Assembly (NCBI RefSeq): GCF_006345805.1
Contig: NC_042998.1
Location: 52,266,001-52,330,000, forward strand
Source of the DNA: Octopus sinensis
Lineage: Eukaryota
Direction of reading: 5' to 3'
Length of the DNA stretch: 64,000 nucleotides
This document shows, in pieces, positions 49,680-62,340 of this stretch (positions are counted from its first letter, which is position 1; the number at the start of each line of letters is the position of its first letter). A program made the position numbers and the translations under genes. The notes beneath the pieces were generated by a model that was not told the DNA's origin, did not search any database, and worked only from the letters and a program-made list of their open reading frames with translations.

Positions 49680-50095
49680 CACAGGCATGGCTGTGTGGTA
49701 AGAAGCTTGCTCCCCTTACCACATGGTTCTGGGTTCAGTTCTACTCTGTGGCACCTTGGGCAAGTGTCTTCTACTATAGCCTCAGGCCAACCAAAGCCTT
49801 GGGAGTGGATTTGGTAGATGGAAACTGAAAGAAGCCCGTCATATATATGTATATGTATTTATGTATGTGTGTGTCTTTGTGTCTGTGTTTGTTTCCCCAC
49901 CATCACTTGACAACCGATGTTGGTGTGTTTATGTCCCCATAACTTAGTGGTTCAGCAAAAGAGACTGATAGTATAAGTACTAGGCTTACAAAGAATAAGT
50001 ACTGGGGTCAATTTCTTTAGCTAAAACCCTTCAATGTGGTGCTCCAGAATGGCTGCAGTCAAATGACTGAAACATGTAATAGAGTAAAAGAACAG
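49680..50095 (+). mobile_element. Full-length SINE family A
   Basis: ggcatggctgtgtggtaagaagcttgc...gactgaaacatgtaatagagtaaaag. Confidence 0.88.
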
Positions 50096-50719
50096 CATGG
50101 TTGTCTCCCCCTCACCCCACATAATTATCGTATAGAAGGTTTAATGATTTTAAAAAGCATCGTGCATTCAATAATTTTTGTTTTACTTGGTGGGTCTGGT
50201 GGAAGGGCCAGTGCTAGTGATCTTCTCAGCCTCTTGAGGATGAATTTCTTTTTACATTTAGTCAAAAGGAAGGACAAACCTCAAGGCCACTGAGGCTGTT
50301 GGGAGAGAGGAAAGAAGATACACTCAGATTGCAAACCTGCCTTGAATAATTGCTATCAAGTGGGATCTGTTAAATTTACCAGGGCAGGTGGCGAGTAGCT
50401 GTATTAAACTGGACAACAAATTATTTTTCAATTTATGCTCTAAGCAGACCACAGTGGGATTCAAAATTTGGAATACAAAGAATTCAATAAATATTGCAAA
50501 GCTTCCTGTCTGATACTCTAAAGATTCCAAGAATCCATTACTCTATACTGGTGTTCTGTTTATCAACCTTGAAAGGATGAAAGGCAAAGTCGACCTTGGC
50601 AGGAACTGAATTCAGATTACAGGAAGCAAGAATAAATATTATATGATATTTTGTCTGATGCATCTACTAATTCACCACTTATATTCTTTCATATAATACA
50701 TATTCATCCAATATTTATT

Positions 50720-51395
50720 TACCGTAAGACTAGGCAAGCCATGTGAGATTGTATCTGTTGCGGATGTCAGTGTCACATAATTGCTCCATTTAAAAGTACC
50801 CTTCAATCGTTGGGTAATATGCCGTGCTTGTGAAGACCTCATAAACCAGGTGAAATCATAGTTGTGGCTGATGCCATTGCCACATGACTGCCACCAGTGC
50901 CGGTGGCACGTAAAATGCACCATTTGAGTGTGTCAAATGCCAGTGCTTCCTGACTGGCTCCCATACCAGTGGCACATAAAAAGCACCCTTCAAGCATGAC
51001 CGATACCAGTGCTGCCTGACTGGCACCTGTGCCAGTGGAACATAAAAAGCACCATCTGAGCATGGTCGATGCCAGTGCTGCCTGACTGGCTCCCATTCAA
51101 CTGTGACTGATGCTAGTGCCACCTGACTGGTACCCGTGCCAGTGGCATGTAAAAAGCACCATTCGAGTGTGGTTAATGACAGTGCCACCTGACTGGCTCC
51201 CATGAAAGTGGGATGTAAAAAGCACCCACTACAATCCCAGATTGGTTGGCATTAAGAAGGGCATCAGGCTGTAGAAACCTTGCCAAATCAGATTGGAGCC
51301 TGGTGCAGCCTCCCAGCTGGCCAGTCCTTAGTCAAACTGTCCAACCCATGCCAGCATGAAAAGTGGGTGTTAAATGACAATGATGATGATGAATC
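50720..51395 (+). mobile_element. Diverged RTE 3'UTR with about six degenerate 67-bp units and tail
   Basis: Repeated gtggcacataaaaagcacc..gccagtgctgcctgactggc; terminal ccagcatgaaaagtgggtgttaaatgacaatgatgatg. Confidence 0.8.
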
Positions 51396-52087
51396 ATGAA
51401 TTGAAAATTAGATAGTATAACTGCATTATTTAACTAAACAAAGCACATACTGTTTGATTCTGTTTACATAGCTGGGAAATATATATGACAATTCTGATAT
51501 ATAATCTATGTGAATACATCTATGATATAGTTCTACCCATATAGGAGAAACTCTATCAAGAGCCAAACAAGAAACCCTACAGATCTAGGATCACCCTGAC
51601 CTTCCAAAATACAATCCCTTGCCCAACTGTTTTTCTCCAATACACACCTTCCTTCACAATAACCATGTCTGCCACTGTCACTAACCGGTTTGATAAATTC
51701 ATTGGGAGAAAGTACTTCTCTCACCAACCTCACTTTCCTTTTGAAGTGGAATTTTAAAAAGCCATTGAGAGTTTGACCAATCCTTTTGGCCTTGTCCACC
51801 ACACAACCTCTTTCAAATAATCGTTTCTAGCACAAGCATAAGGCCTGAAATTTTTTAAAGGTGGTGGGGTTAGTACAGTAGCACTTGATAGTTTCTTTGT
51901 TTTTTCAGTCTCAGTGGATTCAATGGCAAAGTCGATCTTGATGAATTTGAACTTAGAACAAATGATGCAAGGCATTTTATCTGAGGCTTTAATGATTCTG
52001 CCTATCCACTAGTCTTAATAATCATTTCTTATTTTGGCACAATGCCAGCATATTAGAGGTGTGGTGAAGTCAATTACATCAACTAGT

Positions 52088-52144
<57 letters not shown>

Positions 52145-52633
52145 CTTTTCTACGACCACAAACCTGAAGGCACCATCGAAAATAGAAATGCAAAGATCCT
52201 ATGGGATTTTATGATTCAGTGAGACCATGAGATACAGAATAGGAAGCCAGACATAGTCTTAATTGAGAAAGAAAACTCTGCTAGATCATAGATATAGCAT
52301 GCCCAGCTAACAACAAGGTATGCGATAAGAAAGAAAGAAAAGTCGAGAGATTTGACAGGTTAGCTTGGGAAGTGAAGCGTTGTGGTCGAGGAAAAAGGTA
52401 GCAGTAGTACCAATAATTGTCAGAACCCTGGGAACAGTGAGTAAAAATCTTGAGAAGTAGGTAGAACAAATAGGGGCTGCAATAAGGGTGGAGCACTAGC
52501 AGAAAACAGCACTACTTGGAACCACTCAAATACTCCAGAAGGTGCTTGAAAAATAAGAGATGTTGCCTTAGTTCACTGGTAGTGAACAGCTGACACTGTA
52601 GTACATCTCCAGCATTAGAAGCTGTGCAAAGAC
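52145..52633 (+). mobile_element. 5'-truncated R4/Dong-like retrotransposon (REL endonuclease and 3'UTR) in (AAT)n
   Basis: KILWDFMIQ*DHEIQNRKPDIVLIEK..C*IIDIACP..KKERKVERFDRL..VVPIIVRTLGTV..QKTALLGTTQILQKVLEK*; (AAT)n on both flanks. Confidence 0.85.
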
Positions 52634-52885
52634 AATAAATGATAATAATAATAATAATAATAATAATAATAGTAACAAACCTTTCTATAATAGAAATAAG
52701 GCCTGAAATTTTGATAAAATATGTACCAGTTGAACATGACCCAGTGTTCAACTGGTACTTATTTTAATGACCTCAAGAAGGATAAAAGGTAAAGTTGACC
52801 TCACTGGAATTTAAACTCAGGATGTAAAGAGCCAGAACTATTGCATCAAAGCATTTTTCTGACCCTTCAGTAAATCAGTGAATCC

Positions 52886-52947
<62 letters not shown>

Positions 52948-52954
52948 TGATGAT

Positions 52955-53363
52955 GACCTTAACCACTTGAGCATGTCCCTTAGTGGCTGACGATATGTGC
53001 ATCTCTGATCATGAGCAGTAGTAGTGGGGGAGCATCATAGCTATGTGTTGAGAGTAATTCATTGGGGTTTGAATAATTCACCTCTGGAGACATGAGTGTT
53101 TTGTTCATCCTCCTTAAACGACCCTAATTCAAGGACCTTTTGAGTGGGATGGGTTACTTGATCTCAAAAAATTCTAACTGAGCCCCTACCTGCAAGGTCA
53201 TATGCTGTTTATCTTGATATAAGCTCACCATGTCGCACACATATGGCAGTGATGCATGTGCCTGGTGTATCCTTATCAGACAGGTAATCATGATGGGTAT
53301 ATTGGGCTTCATATATTTGTATTCCAGTGTCACTTTGATGGTATGCACAGCTCTCTCACTCAA
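52955..53363. repeat. ~430-bp interspersed repeat embedded in (AAT)n, copy 2
   Basis: Homologous to 33886-34310. Confidence 0.85.
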
Positions 53364-53379
53364 TAATAATTGTAATAAT

Positions 53380-53775
53380 CCTTTCTACTATAGGCACATG
53401 GCCTGAAATTTGTGGGGAAGGCACCAATCAATTACATCAACCCCACTGTTTCACTAGTACTTAATTTATCGACCCTGAAAGGATGAAAGGCAAAGTCGAC
53501 CTCAGTGGAATTTGAACTCAGAACATAGTGAAGGCCTAAATACCTATTTCTTTACTACCCACAAGGGGATAAACACAGAGCGGACAAACAAGGACAAACA
53601 GATTAAGTCGATTATATTGACCCCAGTGTGTAACTGGTCCTTAATTTATCGACCCTGAAAGGATGATAGGCAAAGTTGACCTCAGTGGAATTTGAACTCA
53701 GAACGTAGCGGCAGACAAAATACCGCTAAGCATTTCGCTCGGCGTGATAACGTTTCTGCCAGCTCACCGCCTTAG
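53380..53775 (-). mobile_element. Dimeric SINE family B
   Basis: Two cores (gaccctgaaaggatga..ggcaaagtcgacc) separated by the linker ttctttactacccacaagggg. Confidence 0.85.
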
Positions 53776-53795
53776 AAATAATAATAATGATGATG

Positions 53796-53842
<47 letters not shown>

Positions 53843-53869
53843 AATAACAACAACAGTAATAGCAATCCT

Positions 53870-54085
53870 TTCTGCTATAGGTACAAGTCCTGAAATTTTA
53901 AGCGAGGGGCCCAGTTGATTAGATCGACCCCCCCAGAACACAACTGGCACGTAACTTATCGACCCTGAAAGGATGAAAAGCCAATTCGACATCAGCAGAA
54001 TTTGAACTCAGAACATAGCGAAGGGCGAAATACTGCTAAGCATTTCATCCAGCATGCTAACAATTCTACCAGCTCACCACCTTAG
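53870..54085 (-). mobile_element. SINE family B
   Basis: cctttctgctataggtacaagtcctgaaattt...ctaccagctcaccacc. Confidence 0.8.
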
Positions 54086-54660
54086 TAATAATAATAATGG
54101 TAACAACAACAACAACAACAACAACAACAGCAGCAACAGCAACAACAACAACAATAATAATGATAATAATGATAATGATGATAATAATTGCAACAACAAC
54201 ACATAGAAGGTTGTTGATGCTTACATTTCATCTTCCATTCAAATACATTTCTGTTAACAATGGATTTTGAAAAGGCTACGTATTGAGATTATTAAATAGC
54301 TATAGTTATTATTGAGATGACAAATGATCTATGATAAATTACAGAGACTAGGTTTTTGTTGCTATAAATAACGATGATTTGATTAATTCTTAACAAAGAC
54401 AAGATAAATTAGTGTTAAATCTGTCTGTATATCAATGTGGGTGTGTGTATGTGTGTATGTGTGTGTGTGTGTATGCGTGCACACATGCACGTGTGTGTGT
54501 GTGTGTGTGTATATGTGTTTGTGAGTAGATATAAGAAATTGTCTATGTTAGTATGTACATATATATATATATATATGTGTGTGTGCGTATGTGTGTGTGT
54601 GTGCATGTATTTGTGTGATGCAGGTGCCTGCATATATTATATATAATATATATACTACTG

Positions 54661-54706
<46 letters not shown>

Positions 54707-54993
54707 AAATAATAAAAGACAAGACAGACAGACCATTGTAGTTGATAAGGGAAATCATTTGTAAATTCAGAGATGTCATGGCAATTATCTTAATATCTTT
54801 CCTATTGCTTTATTTATTTATTTATTTATTTATTCATTTAATCTTGTTTACTTCTTTTGACTTCTTCTGAGAAAAAATTTTAAACTTGGAATAACAGAAC
54901 AAGGAATTGCGATAAATATTTCAAGAATACAGAAAGGAAAAGATAATATGCTTTGTGAGTGGAATTGATAGGTAGAAACTGAAAGAAATCCAT

Positions 54994-55100
<107 letters not shown>

Positions 55101-55239
55101 ATATATATGCACACACACACACACATATATATATATACTATCTATCTATATATATATGTAAGTGTATGTGTATATATATATATATAGATAGATAGATATA
55201 TATATGTATATATATGTATATATATACATATATATATAG

Positions 55240-55296
<57 letters not shown>

Positions 55297-55578
55297 CATA
55301 CACATATATAGGTTTCATGTTAAGAGAAGTAGGAAAATATCCTAGAGTCTTAACAATTTTGTTCACTTCCATTTTGGAAATCACAGCCTATATGTATATT
55401 ACATGTACATATATTATGTGTGTGTGTGTGTGTGCATATATCTACATATATATAGATATATATATATATGCACATGCACAAACACACATACACATACACA
55501 CACATATGTATTTGTATGTATGTGTGTGTGTGTGGGTGTGTGTGCGTGTCTGCATATCAATATATATATATATATTTA

Positions 55579-56876
55579 TATATTGGATCATCCCATGAAT
55601 AATACGGGTTTTTTATACTTCTTTTATTTTTCAAAATTAAAAGAAACAAAGTTCTTTTTTAATCTAAACTATACTCTCCTTTATTTTCTACAATGCCCTT
55701 CCATCTATCTGGTAGACTTGCAAGACCCCTCTTCCAAAATTCACTTGTCCTTGACAAATAATGCTCCTCCAGTACTGTTTCGACCTCATCTACAGAATTC
55801 ATATTTTTCCTGCCCAAAAGATTTTGGAAACAGTGCAATAAATGATAATCAGAAGGGGGCAATGTATGGCAAATATGGTGGGTGGGGCATCGTTTCCTAT
55901 TCAAACTGCTTCAGCCTTTAGAATGTCATCCTCACAGTATGTTGCTGAGTATTATCCTGATGGAAGAGCACCTTTTGTCTTGAAACCAAAGACAGTCGTT
56001 TTCCTTCAAGCACTGACTTACGCCAGTCAAGCTGCTCGCAGTAGATCTCCTTTGTTATTATTTGGTTTGGGTTTAAAAGTTCAAAGTGGACTAAACCTTT
56101 CATATCCCACCAGACAGATGACAACACTTTACGTGAGTGAATACCTTCCTTAGCCTGGAGTGCCAGTGTTTCTCCTATCACTACTCACTGTCTTTGGTGC
56201 TTGGCATTTTTTATAGAGAACCTATGTCTCATCACTAGTCACTATTCAGTCCAAAAAAGGTTCATTCATGAGATGTGACAGTAAAGAAGAGCACAAATTC
56301 ACTCTCTGTGTGCAATTAGACTCGGAAAATTTGTGAGGAACCCATCAACCCAATTTGCTGACTTTTTAAATGTCATGCAGGTGTCAATGAATGTCTGAAC
56401 GATCCAATCCAAGCTTCTCAGCTAGTTCCTCAAAGGTTACAATGGGATTTTGTTCCACTAGGGTTTGCAGGACATCCTCGTTGCACTCTACAGATCTTCC
56501 AGGATGAGGCTTGTCTTCTAGGCTGTAGTTTCTAGCTCAGAATTTTAGGAACCACTGTTGATACTGGCTTACTCTTATTGACCAATCCCCATATACTGCA
56601 TTAATATTCCTTGCACTTTCTGTTCCATTGTTGTCTTTATTGAACTCATAAAACAAAATATGCCAAATATGCTCCTTTGTCACTTCCATTATAGCTTTGG
56701 GAAAATAACTGTTAAAATCGAAGTGCACACTTCAAAACTTGCACTAAGAATAAGTACAAGGTAAAATTACTACCTGCTGTTATAGCAAGTTGATGCAGGT
56801 AGTTTATCCCATTCCCCTTCGACTTTTAGTTCATGCAATTGAAAAAAGTGCATTATATATGTGATGACCCAATATA
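55579..56876 (-). mobile_element. Full-length degraded mariner transposon with both TIRs
   Basis: TIRs tatattggatcatcccatgaataa / ttatatatgtgatgacccaatata; MEVTKEHIWHILFYEF, KVLSSVWWDMKG, LFHQDN, PSDYHL..RW..IVEN.GEY. Confidence 0.9.
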
Positions 56877-57227
56877 TATATATATATGATTGCGTTTTCC
56901 AGTTTTTGTCTATCAATCCACTCACAAGGCCTGGGGCAGTATTTGAAGACACTTGCCCAAGGTGCCTTGCAGTGAGACTGAACCTGTAACCATGTGATTG
57001 GGAAGCAAGCTTCTTAACAGTACTACTACTACTGAATGTCAAATTTCTTCAAATCCCCCAACTTATTCTTACAAGGATAGAAGTTATAGCACAAAAGAAA
57101 TTCTGTTTGTTTATGAGTTATATTATGACAATTTTAGCTACTGATGAAGAAATAAAGTAAACAAATTCAGGAAATTTGTCTAATACTTAAGAACAGATAC
57201 GGCTGTCCAAAGATTCTAACTGGAGAA

Positions 57228-57457
57228 ATTTAACACTTTAGAATTCACATTCTTCTGTCAAAAGTAACGCTTATTTTTTCACATTGTTTTGATTTAATCA
57301 TGCATTATCTTGTAGCTAAGATTTTGATGAGGTAACTGTTAATATTTTAGAATAACATTGTAAGGTACGTGTGAGAAACCACATCTGGTTAGTATGAACA
57401 TAAAACAGGTGGAATATTTTGGCTGGATATGGCAGGATTAAATACTAAAGAGTTAAC
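57228..57457 (+). mobile_element. TTAA-type MITE (family of 2138-2336)
   Basis: tttaacactttagaattcacattc...ggatatggcaggattaaatactaaagagttaa. Confidence 0.65.
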
Positions 57458-57479
57458 AGTTGGATAGGAATATCTATAT

Positions 57480-57885
57480 GTTACTCTTTTACTCCTTTAC
57501 TTGTTTCAGTTATTTGACTTTGGCCATGCTGGAGCACCGCCTTTAGTCGAGCAAATCGATCCCAGAGCTTATTCTTTGTAAGCCTAGTACTTATTCTATC
57601 GGTGTCTTTTGCCGAACTGCTTACTTACAGGGACGTAAACACACCAGCATCGGTTGCCAAGCGATGTTGGGAGGACAAACACAGACACACAAACATATAC
57701 ACACATACATACATATATATACATATACGACGGGCTTCTTCCAGTTTCCATTTGCCAAATCCCCTCACAAGGCTTTGGTTGGCCTGAGGCTATACTAGAA
57801 GACACTTGCCCAAGGTGCCATGCAGTGGGACTGAACCTGGGACCATGTGGTTGGTAAGCAAGCTACTTACCACACAGCCACTTCT
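57480..57885 (-). mobile_element. Full-length SINE family A (young)
   Basis: ctcttttactcctttacttgtttcag...gctacttaccacacagccac. Confidence 0.92.
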
Positions 57886-58639
57886 GTATGTATGTTACCA
57901 TGCAATTATTTATTCAGGAATAAATTCCGGCTAGTCACTGTTTCATTCTTTGTCAGTTCTTTTATACTCTGCTGCCAAATCACTGGATTCCTAACCTGTG
58001 CAGTACTGATGACATGGTATTTTTAAACTGAAATGTCACTTACATTATGAAAAAATATAATTGTGACTCAATGTTTTTTGGTCAAACTATTATCTTATTG
58101 TTTATCAGATTTAATTATCTCTAACAATTCTCTCTCTATCTTCAAAATCTTGACTACTTGAGCTTTATTTCTAATCTGTTTTCAGTGTTTTAGTCATAAT
58201 AAATTTCCATGGTTTTGCTAAAGAAATTGTTATAATTTATTCTTTTGCCTGCTAATTTACATATTAGCTCTGTTTCTCTTTCTCTTTCTTATCTCTAGCA
58301 TATCTTAAAAATTCTAACCAAAACTGATAGCTGTTTTGTGATTAATCAAGAGACTTTTGGTTGCATACATATTCACAAATATTTGCAAAAACATATGCAA
58401 AAGATTGAGAAATACTTCAATGTCTGCCTGAATTAGTATCCTGGAAAGTGATATGCTTCAGATGAACTAAACAAAATGTTAAGTGATAATCAATATTACA
58501 ATTTAAAATTGGAAAGAGAAACAGGCCTTGACCATGTATTTAGATAGTCCCTGCCAGTCTCCTGAATTAAAGAACAATAAGTGAAAATTCCATCAGTGTA
58601 GCTGTCTCATTTTTGTCTGAAAAATGATACTTTGTATTT

Positions 58640-58835
58640 AAACCAGTCACAGCCAGACCAGATATTCTACCTGTGCTATGTTCAAACCATCTAGATCTGG
58701 CCTCTCACACCTACCTCACAATGTCATTCTAAAAATAAACAATCACATCATTGAAATCTTCAAGCTATGAGATAATGCATGATTAATTTAAAAAGCACTA
58801 CATTTGGCAGAGTAATCTGAATGCTAAAGGGTTAG
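58640..58835 (-). mobile_element. TTAA-type MITE (family of 2138-2336)
   Basis: ccagaccagatattc...acaatgtcattctaaaaataaac...aatctgaatgctaaagggttag. Confidence 0.65.
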
Positions 58836-58984
58836 TTTTGTTTTAGCAGTCAAATTCCATTCTGAAAGATCCCTAATTCACCCACTAAATGCCACTAGAA
58901 AATTCTGGTAAATTTAGTCAACCAGATCTCAGAAAAAAAGAGGAAAAATGATAATAGAAAAGGGACAATATTAATTTCTTACTA

Positions 58985-59848
58985 ATGTGCTGTCAAGTTT
59001 CATGAATTACCTTTTTTGGGACCGAATAGTGACTGGTGACGAAAAATGGGCTCTCTACAAAAATGTTAAGTGCTGAGAGAGTAGGTAGGGTGAAAGGAGA
59101 AACACCAACATACCACGCTGAAGAAGGTCTTCACCCACTTAAGGTGTTGTTATCTCTTTCGTGGGATGTGCTGTCATGTTTCACGAAAGACCCTTTTTGG
59201 GACCGAATAGTGACTGGTGATGAAAAATAGGCTCTCTATAAAAATGTTAAGTGCTGAAGAGAGTGGGTAGGGAAAGGAGAAACATCAACATACAACGATG
59301 AAGAAGGTCTTCACCCACTTAAGGTGTTGTTATCTGTCTGGTGGGATATGAAAGGTTTAGTCCACTTTGAACTTTTAAAACCAAACCAAACAATAACAAA
59401 GGAAATCTATTGCAAGCAGCTTGAGTGGCCAAAGTCAACACAAGAAGAAAAAAGGACCATCTTTGGTTTCAAGACAAAAAGTGTTCTTCCATTAGAATAA
59501 TGCTTGGCCACATACAGTGAGGCTGACATTCCAATGGTTGGAGCAGTTTGAAAGGTAAACGATGCCCCACCCACCATATTCACTGGACATTGCCCCATTT
59601 GATTATTTTTTATACTGCAATCTTCAAAATCATTTAGATGGGAAAAGCGTGAATTCTGTAGATGAGGTCAGAATAGTACTGGAGTGGTATTTTTTGTCAC
59701 AGACAAGGGAATTTTGGACAGATGGAAGGGCATTGTAGAAAATGAAGGAGAGTATATTTTAGATTAAAAAAGAACTTTGTTTATATTAATTTTGAAACAT
59801 AAAAGAAATATAAAAAAGAATGTATTATTTATGGGATGACCCATTATA
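58985..59848 (+). mobile_element. 5'-truncated mariner with an internal ~181-bp tandem duplication
   Basis: FWDRIVTGDEK twice; KVLLSVWWDMKG; 3' TIR ttatttatgggatgacccattata. Confidence 0.88.
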
Positions 59849-59931
59849 TACATACATACATACATACATATATAAAGACATACATACATGTATATACATA
59901 CATACATTCATTCATAGATAGATAGATAGAG

Positions 59932-59988
<57 letters not shown>

Positions 59989-60194
59989 CATTGATAGATA
60001 GATAGAATGACCATGGGATTGCACCTAGAAAGTTCCCTTCTGAGGTACAAATCTGGCTAAGGTTGTTTATGGAATACCAGCAGTCACCCATGCATACAAG
60101 CCTCCCCTCTCCATGCCACTGATGTTATCCAAAGGAAAAGAAATTAAGAATGTACAGGAAATAGACTTCTTCTCATGTCTGGTGAGGAGCCTTA

Positions 60195-60480
60195 AAAGTA
60201 TTTGGTAGTTTCCGTTCCTTAGGCAATCAAGTTAGCAGTGGAGTCGGATGCTCTGAAAGCATAGTTGCTTCAATAAGAACGGCAAGGGTAAAGTTCAAAG
60301 AGCTTTGGTAACAGAGTGAAAGGCAGATTTTATGATGCTTGTGTATGAACAACTATGCTATGTAGCAGTGAAACATAGGTTGTCACTGAAGAGGACATGT
60401 AAAGGCTTGAAATTAATGAAGCCAGCATGCTCCACTGGATGTACAATGTCAGTGTGCATGTATGGCAGAGAGTAAATGTT
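60195..60480 (+). mobile_element. Degraded RTE RT fragment
   Basis: Homologous to 9400-9690 (caagttagcagtggagtcggatgctctg...gccagcatgctccactggatgtacaatgtcagtgtgc). Confidence 0.75.
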
Positions 60481-61049
60481 CTATCTCCACACATAACATA
60501 TATTAGATACATTTTTGACTAGTGATTCAAGCTGATCAAAGCATTAACAGAAACCAATAAAAACATTGCTGTAATTTGACAAAACCACCAATGAAGAGTC
60601 AACACAATTCTGAAAAAAAAAAAATATAGCTTTATAAAATGTCAAAGAAATTTGGCTAAGTGACAGTAGAAACCAATAAAATGTCAAGACAATTGATATC
60701 ATGTCAGTACCAACTGATAAAACATCGATGCTGGCTGTCAAAATGTCAACACAAGTTGACAAAATATCAATGCCAGCTCTAAAAACTGCGGAATTTGCCA
60801 ACAAATTTTGCTTATTGCTTATTCAATGTCAACATTAGGTAAAATGAACAATTAAGAAAAAAATATGCAAATGTATCCTCCATCGCAAGTGATTTTTGCT
60901 GTCGTTTAAACATAGGTTAACCTTGATTGAAGAAACCCTTGATTAAAAATATTCACTGCATTGGCTATCTCATCTATTTCCAGAGACTACATTAACCAAA
61001 ACACTTTTAGCTTCTTACTACACAGCCATGCCTGCACCTATAAATATAT

Positions 61050-61260
61050 ATATATATATAAAGGGAAAGTTTACGAAAATAAACAAAAGACGAAGGCAGG
61101 TGGAGTACAAACAAGCAAATGTATTAGTATAGCACTCAGGAATAGAAAAAGTCTTTTACGTTTCGAGCCTACGCTCTTCGACAGAAAGATACACAGAAAA
61201 AACAAGGAGAGAAACAAGGAGAGAAAAAGAGGAGAGAAAAACAAGGAGAGATACACAATA
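61050..61260 (-). mobile_element. Short TA-flanked repeat carrying a minimal hammerhead
   Basis: Relatives at 37760-37955 and 62030-62160; (TA)n on both sides. Confidence 0.7.
61152..61189 (-). ncRNA. 38-nt minimal type I hammerhead-like motif (variant core CUGUCGA plus extra A)
   Basis: Minus strand TCTTT-CTGTCGA-A-GAGC(GTAG)GCTC-GAAAC-GTA-AAAGA. Confidence 0.6.
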
Positions 61261-61274
61261 TATATATATATATA

Positions 61275-62025
61275 TATATATATCATCATCATCATTTAAC
61301 GTCCGCTTTCCATGCTAGCATGGGTTGGACGGTTCAACTGGGGTCTGGGGAGTCTGAAGGCTGCACCAGGCCAGTCCCGAGAGTGTAGTGGGTGATTTTA
61401 TGTGCCACCGACACAGGTGCCAGACGAGGCTGGCGAACGGCCACGCTTGGATGGTGTTTTTTATGTGCCACCGACACAGGTGCCAGACGAGGCTGGCAGA
61501 CAGCCACGCTCGGATGGTGTTTTTATGTGCCACCGACGCAGGTGCCAGATGAGGCTGGTGAACGGCCACGATCGGATGGTGTTTGTTACGTGCCCACAGC
61601 ACGGGGCCAGTTGATGTGGTACTGGCTACGGCCACGTTCGGATGGTTTTCTTATGTGCCACCGGCACTGGTACCACAAAGATACAAATTCCATTGATGTT
61701 CATCTATTTTGATTTGTTTTGATTTGTTTTGATTTTCACTTGCCTCAACAGGTCTTCACAAGTGTCACAAGAAGGAAGGTATGCACAGGTGGACTGACTA
61801 CGTCCCAGGTAGGGGCCACAGGTTATGGCCTGACTAGTCTTGCCGGGTCTTCGGATGGTGTTTTTATGTGCCACCGACACAGGTGCCAGATGAGGCTGGC
61901 GAACGGCCACGATCAGATGGTGTTTGTTATGTGCCTACAGCACGAAGGCCAGTCGATGCGGTACTGGCTATGGCCACGTTCGGATGGTTTTCTTGTGTGT
62001 CACCGGCACTGGTACCACAAAGATA
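61275..62025 (-). repeat. Tandem array of RTE 3'UTR monomer with 54-bp subrepeats and (GAT)n tail
   Basis: Junction ccgggtcttcggatgg at 61843-58; about 1.5 monomers. Confidence 0.85.
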
Positions 62026-62340
62026 TATATACAAAAAACATGCAGAACAAAAGACAAAGATGGGTGTATAAACAACAAACAGATGTATTAGTTTAATGCT
62101 TGGGAAGTGAGAAAGTCTTTTACAACAGAAAGCCTACAACAGAAAGGAACACAGAAATAAACAGATGCATATATGGGCACAGGATATCACCAACAGTGCA
62201 AATAACATGAAATGCATAAACGAGACAAAAAATGGAAAAACTGGACAAGTAAACACAAAGAAAGGACCCTTTGACAGTTGTTGGCTGTCTATCTACTCCT
62301 CATTCCAAGCATTCATACATACATACATACATACATACAT

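Noticed and set aside
51533-51802. 89-aa ORF faintly like a Tx1-type LINE region
   Set aside because: Similarity too weak to support without a search
57135-57185. CTGATGA...GAAA string (also 58005, 25314 and 33935)
   Set aside because: No stem II pairing and/or no stem I
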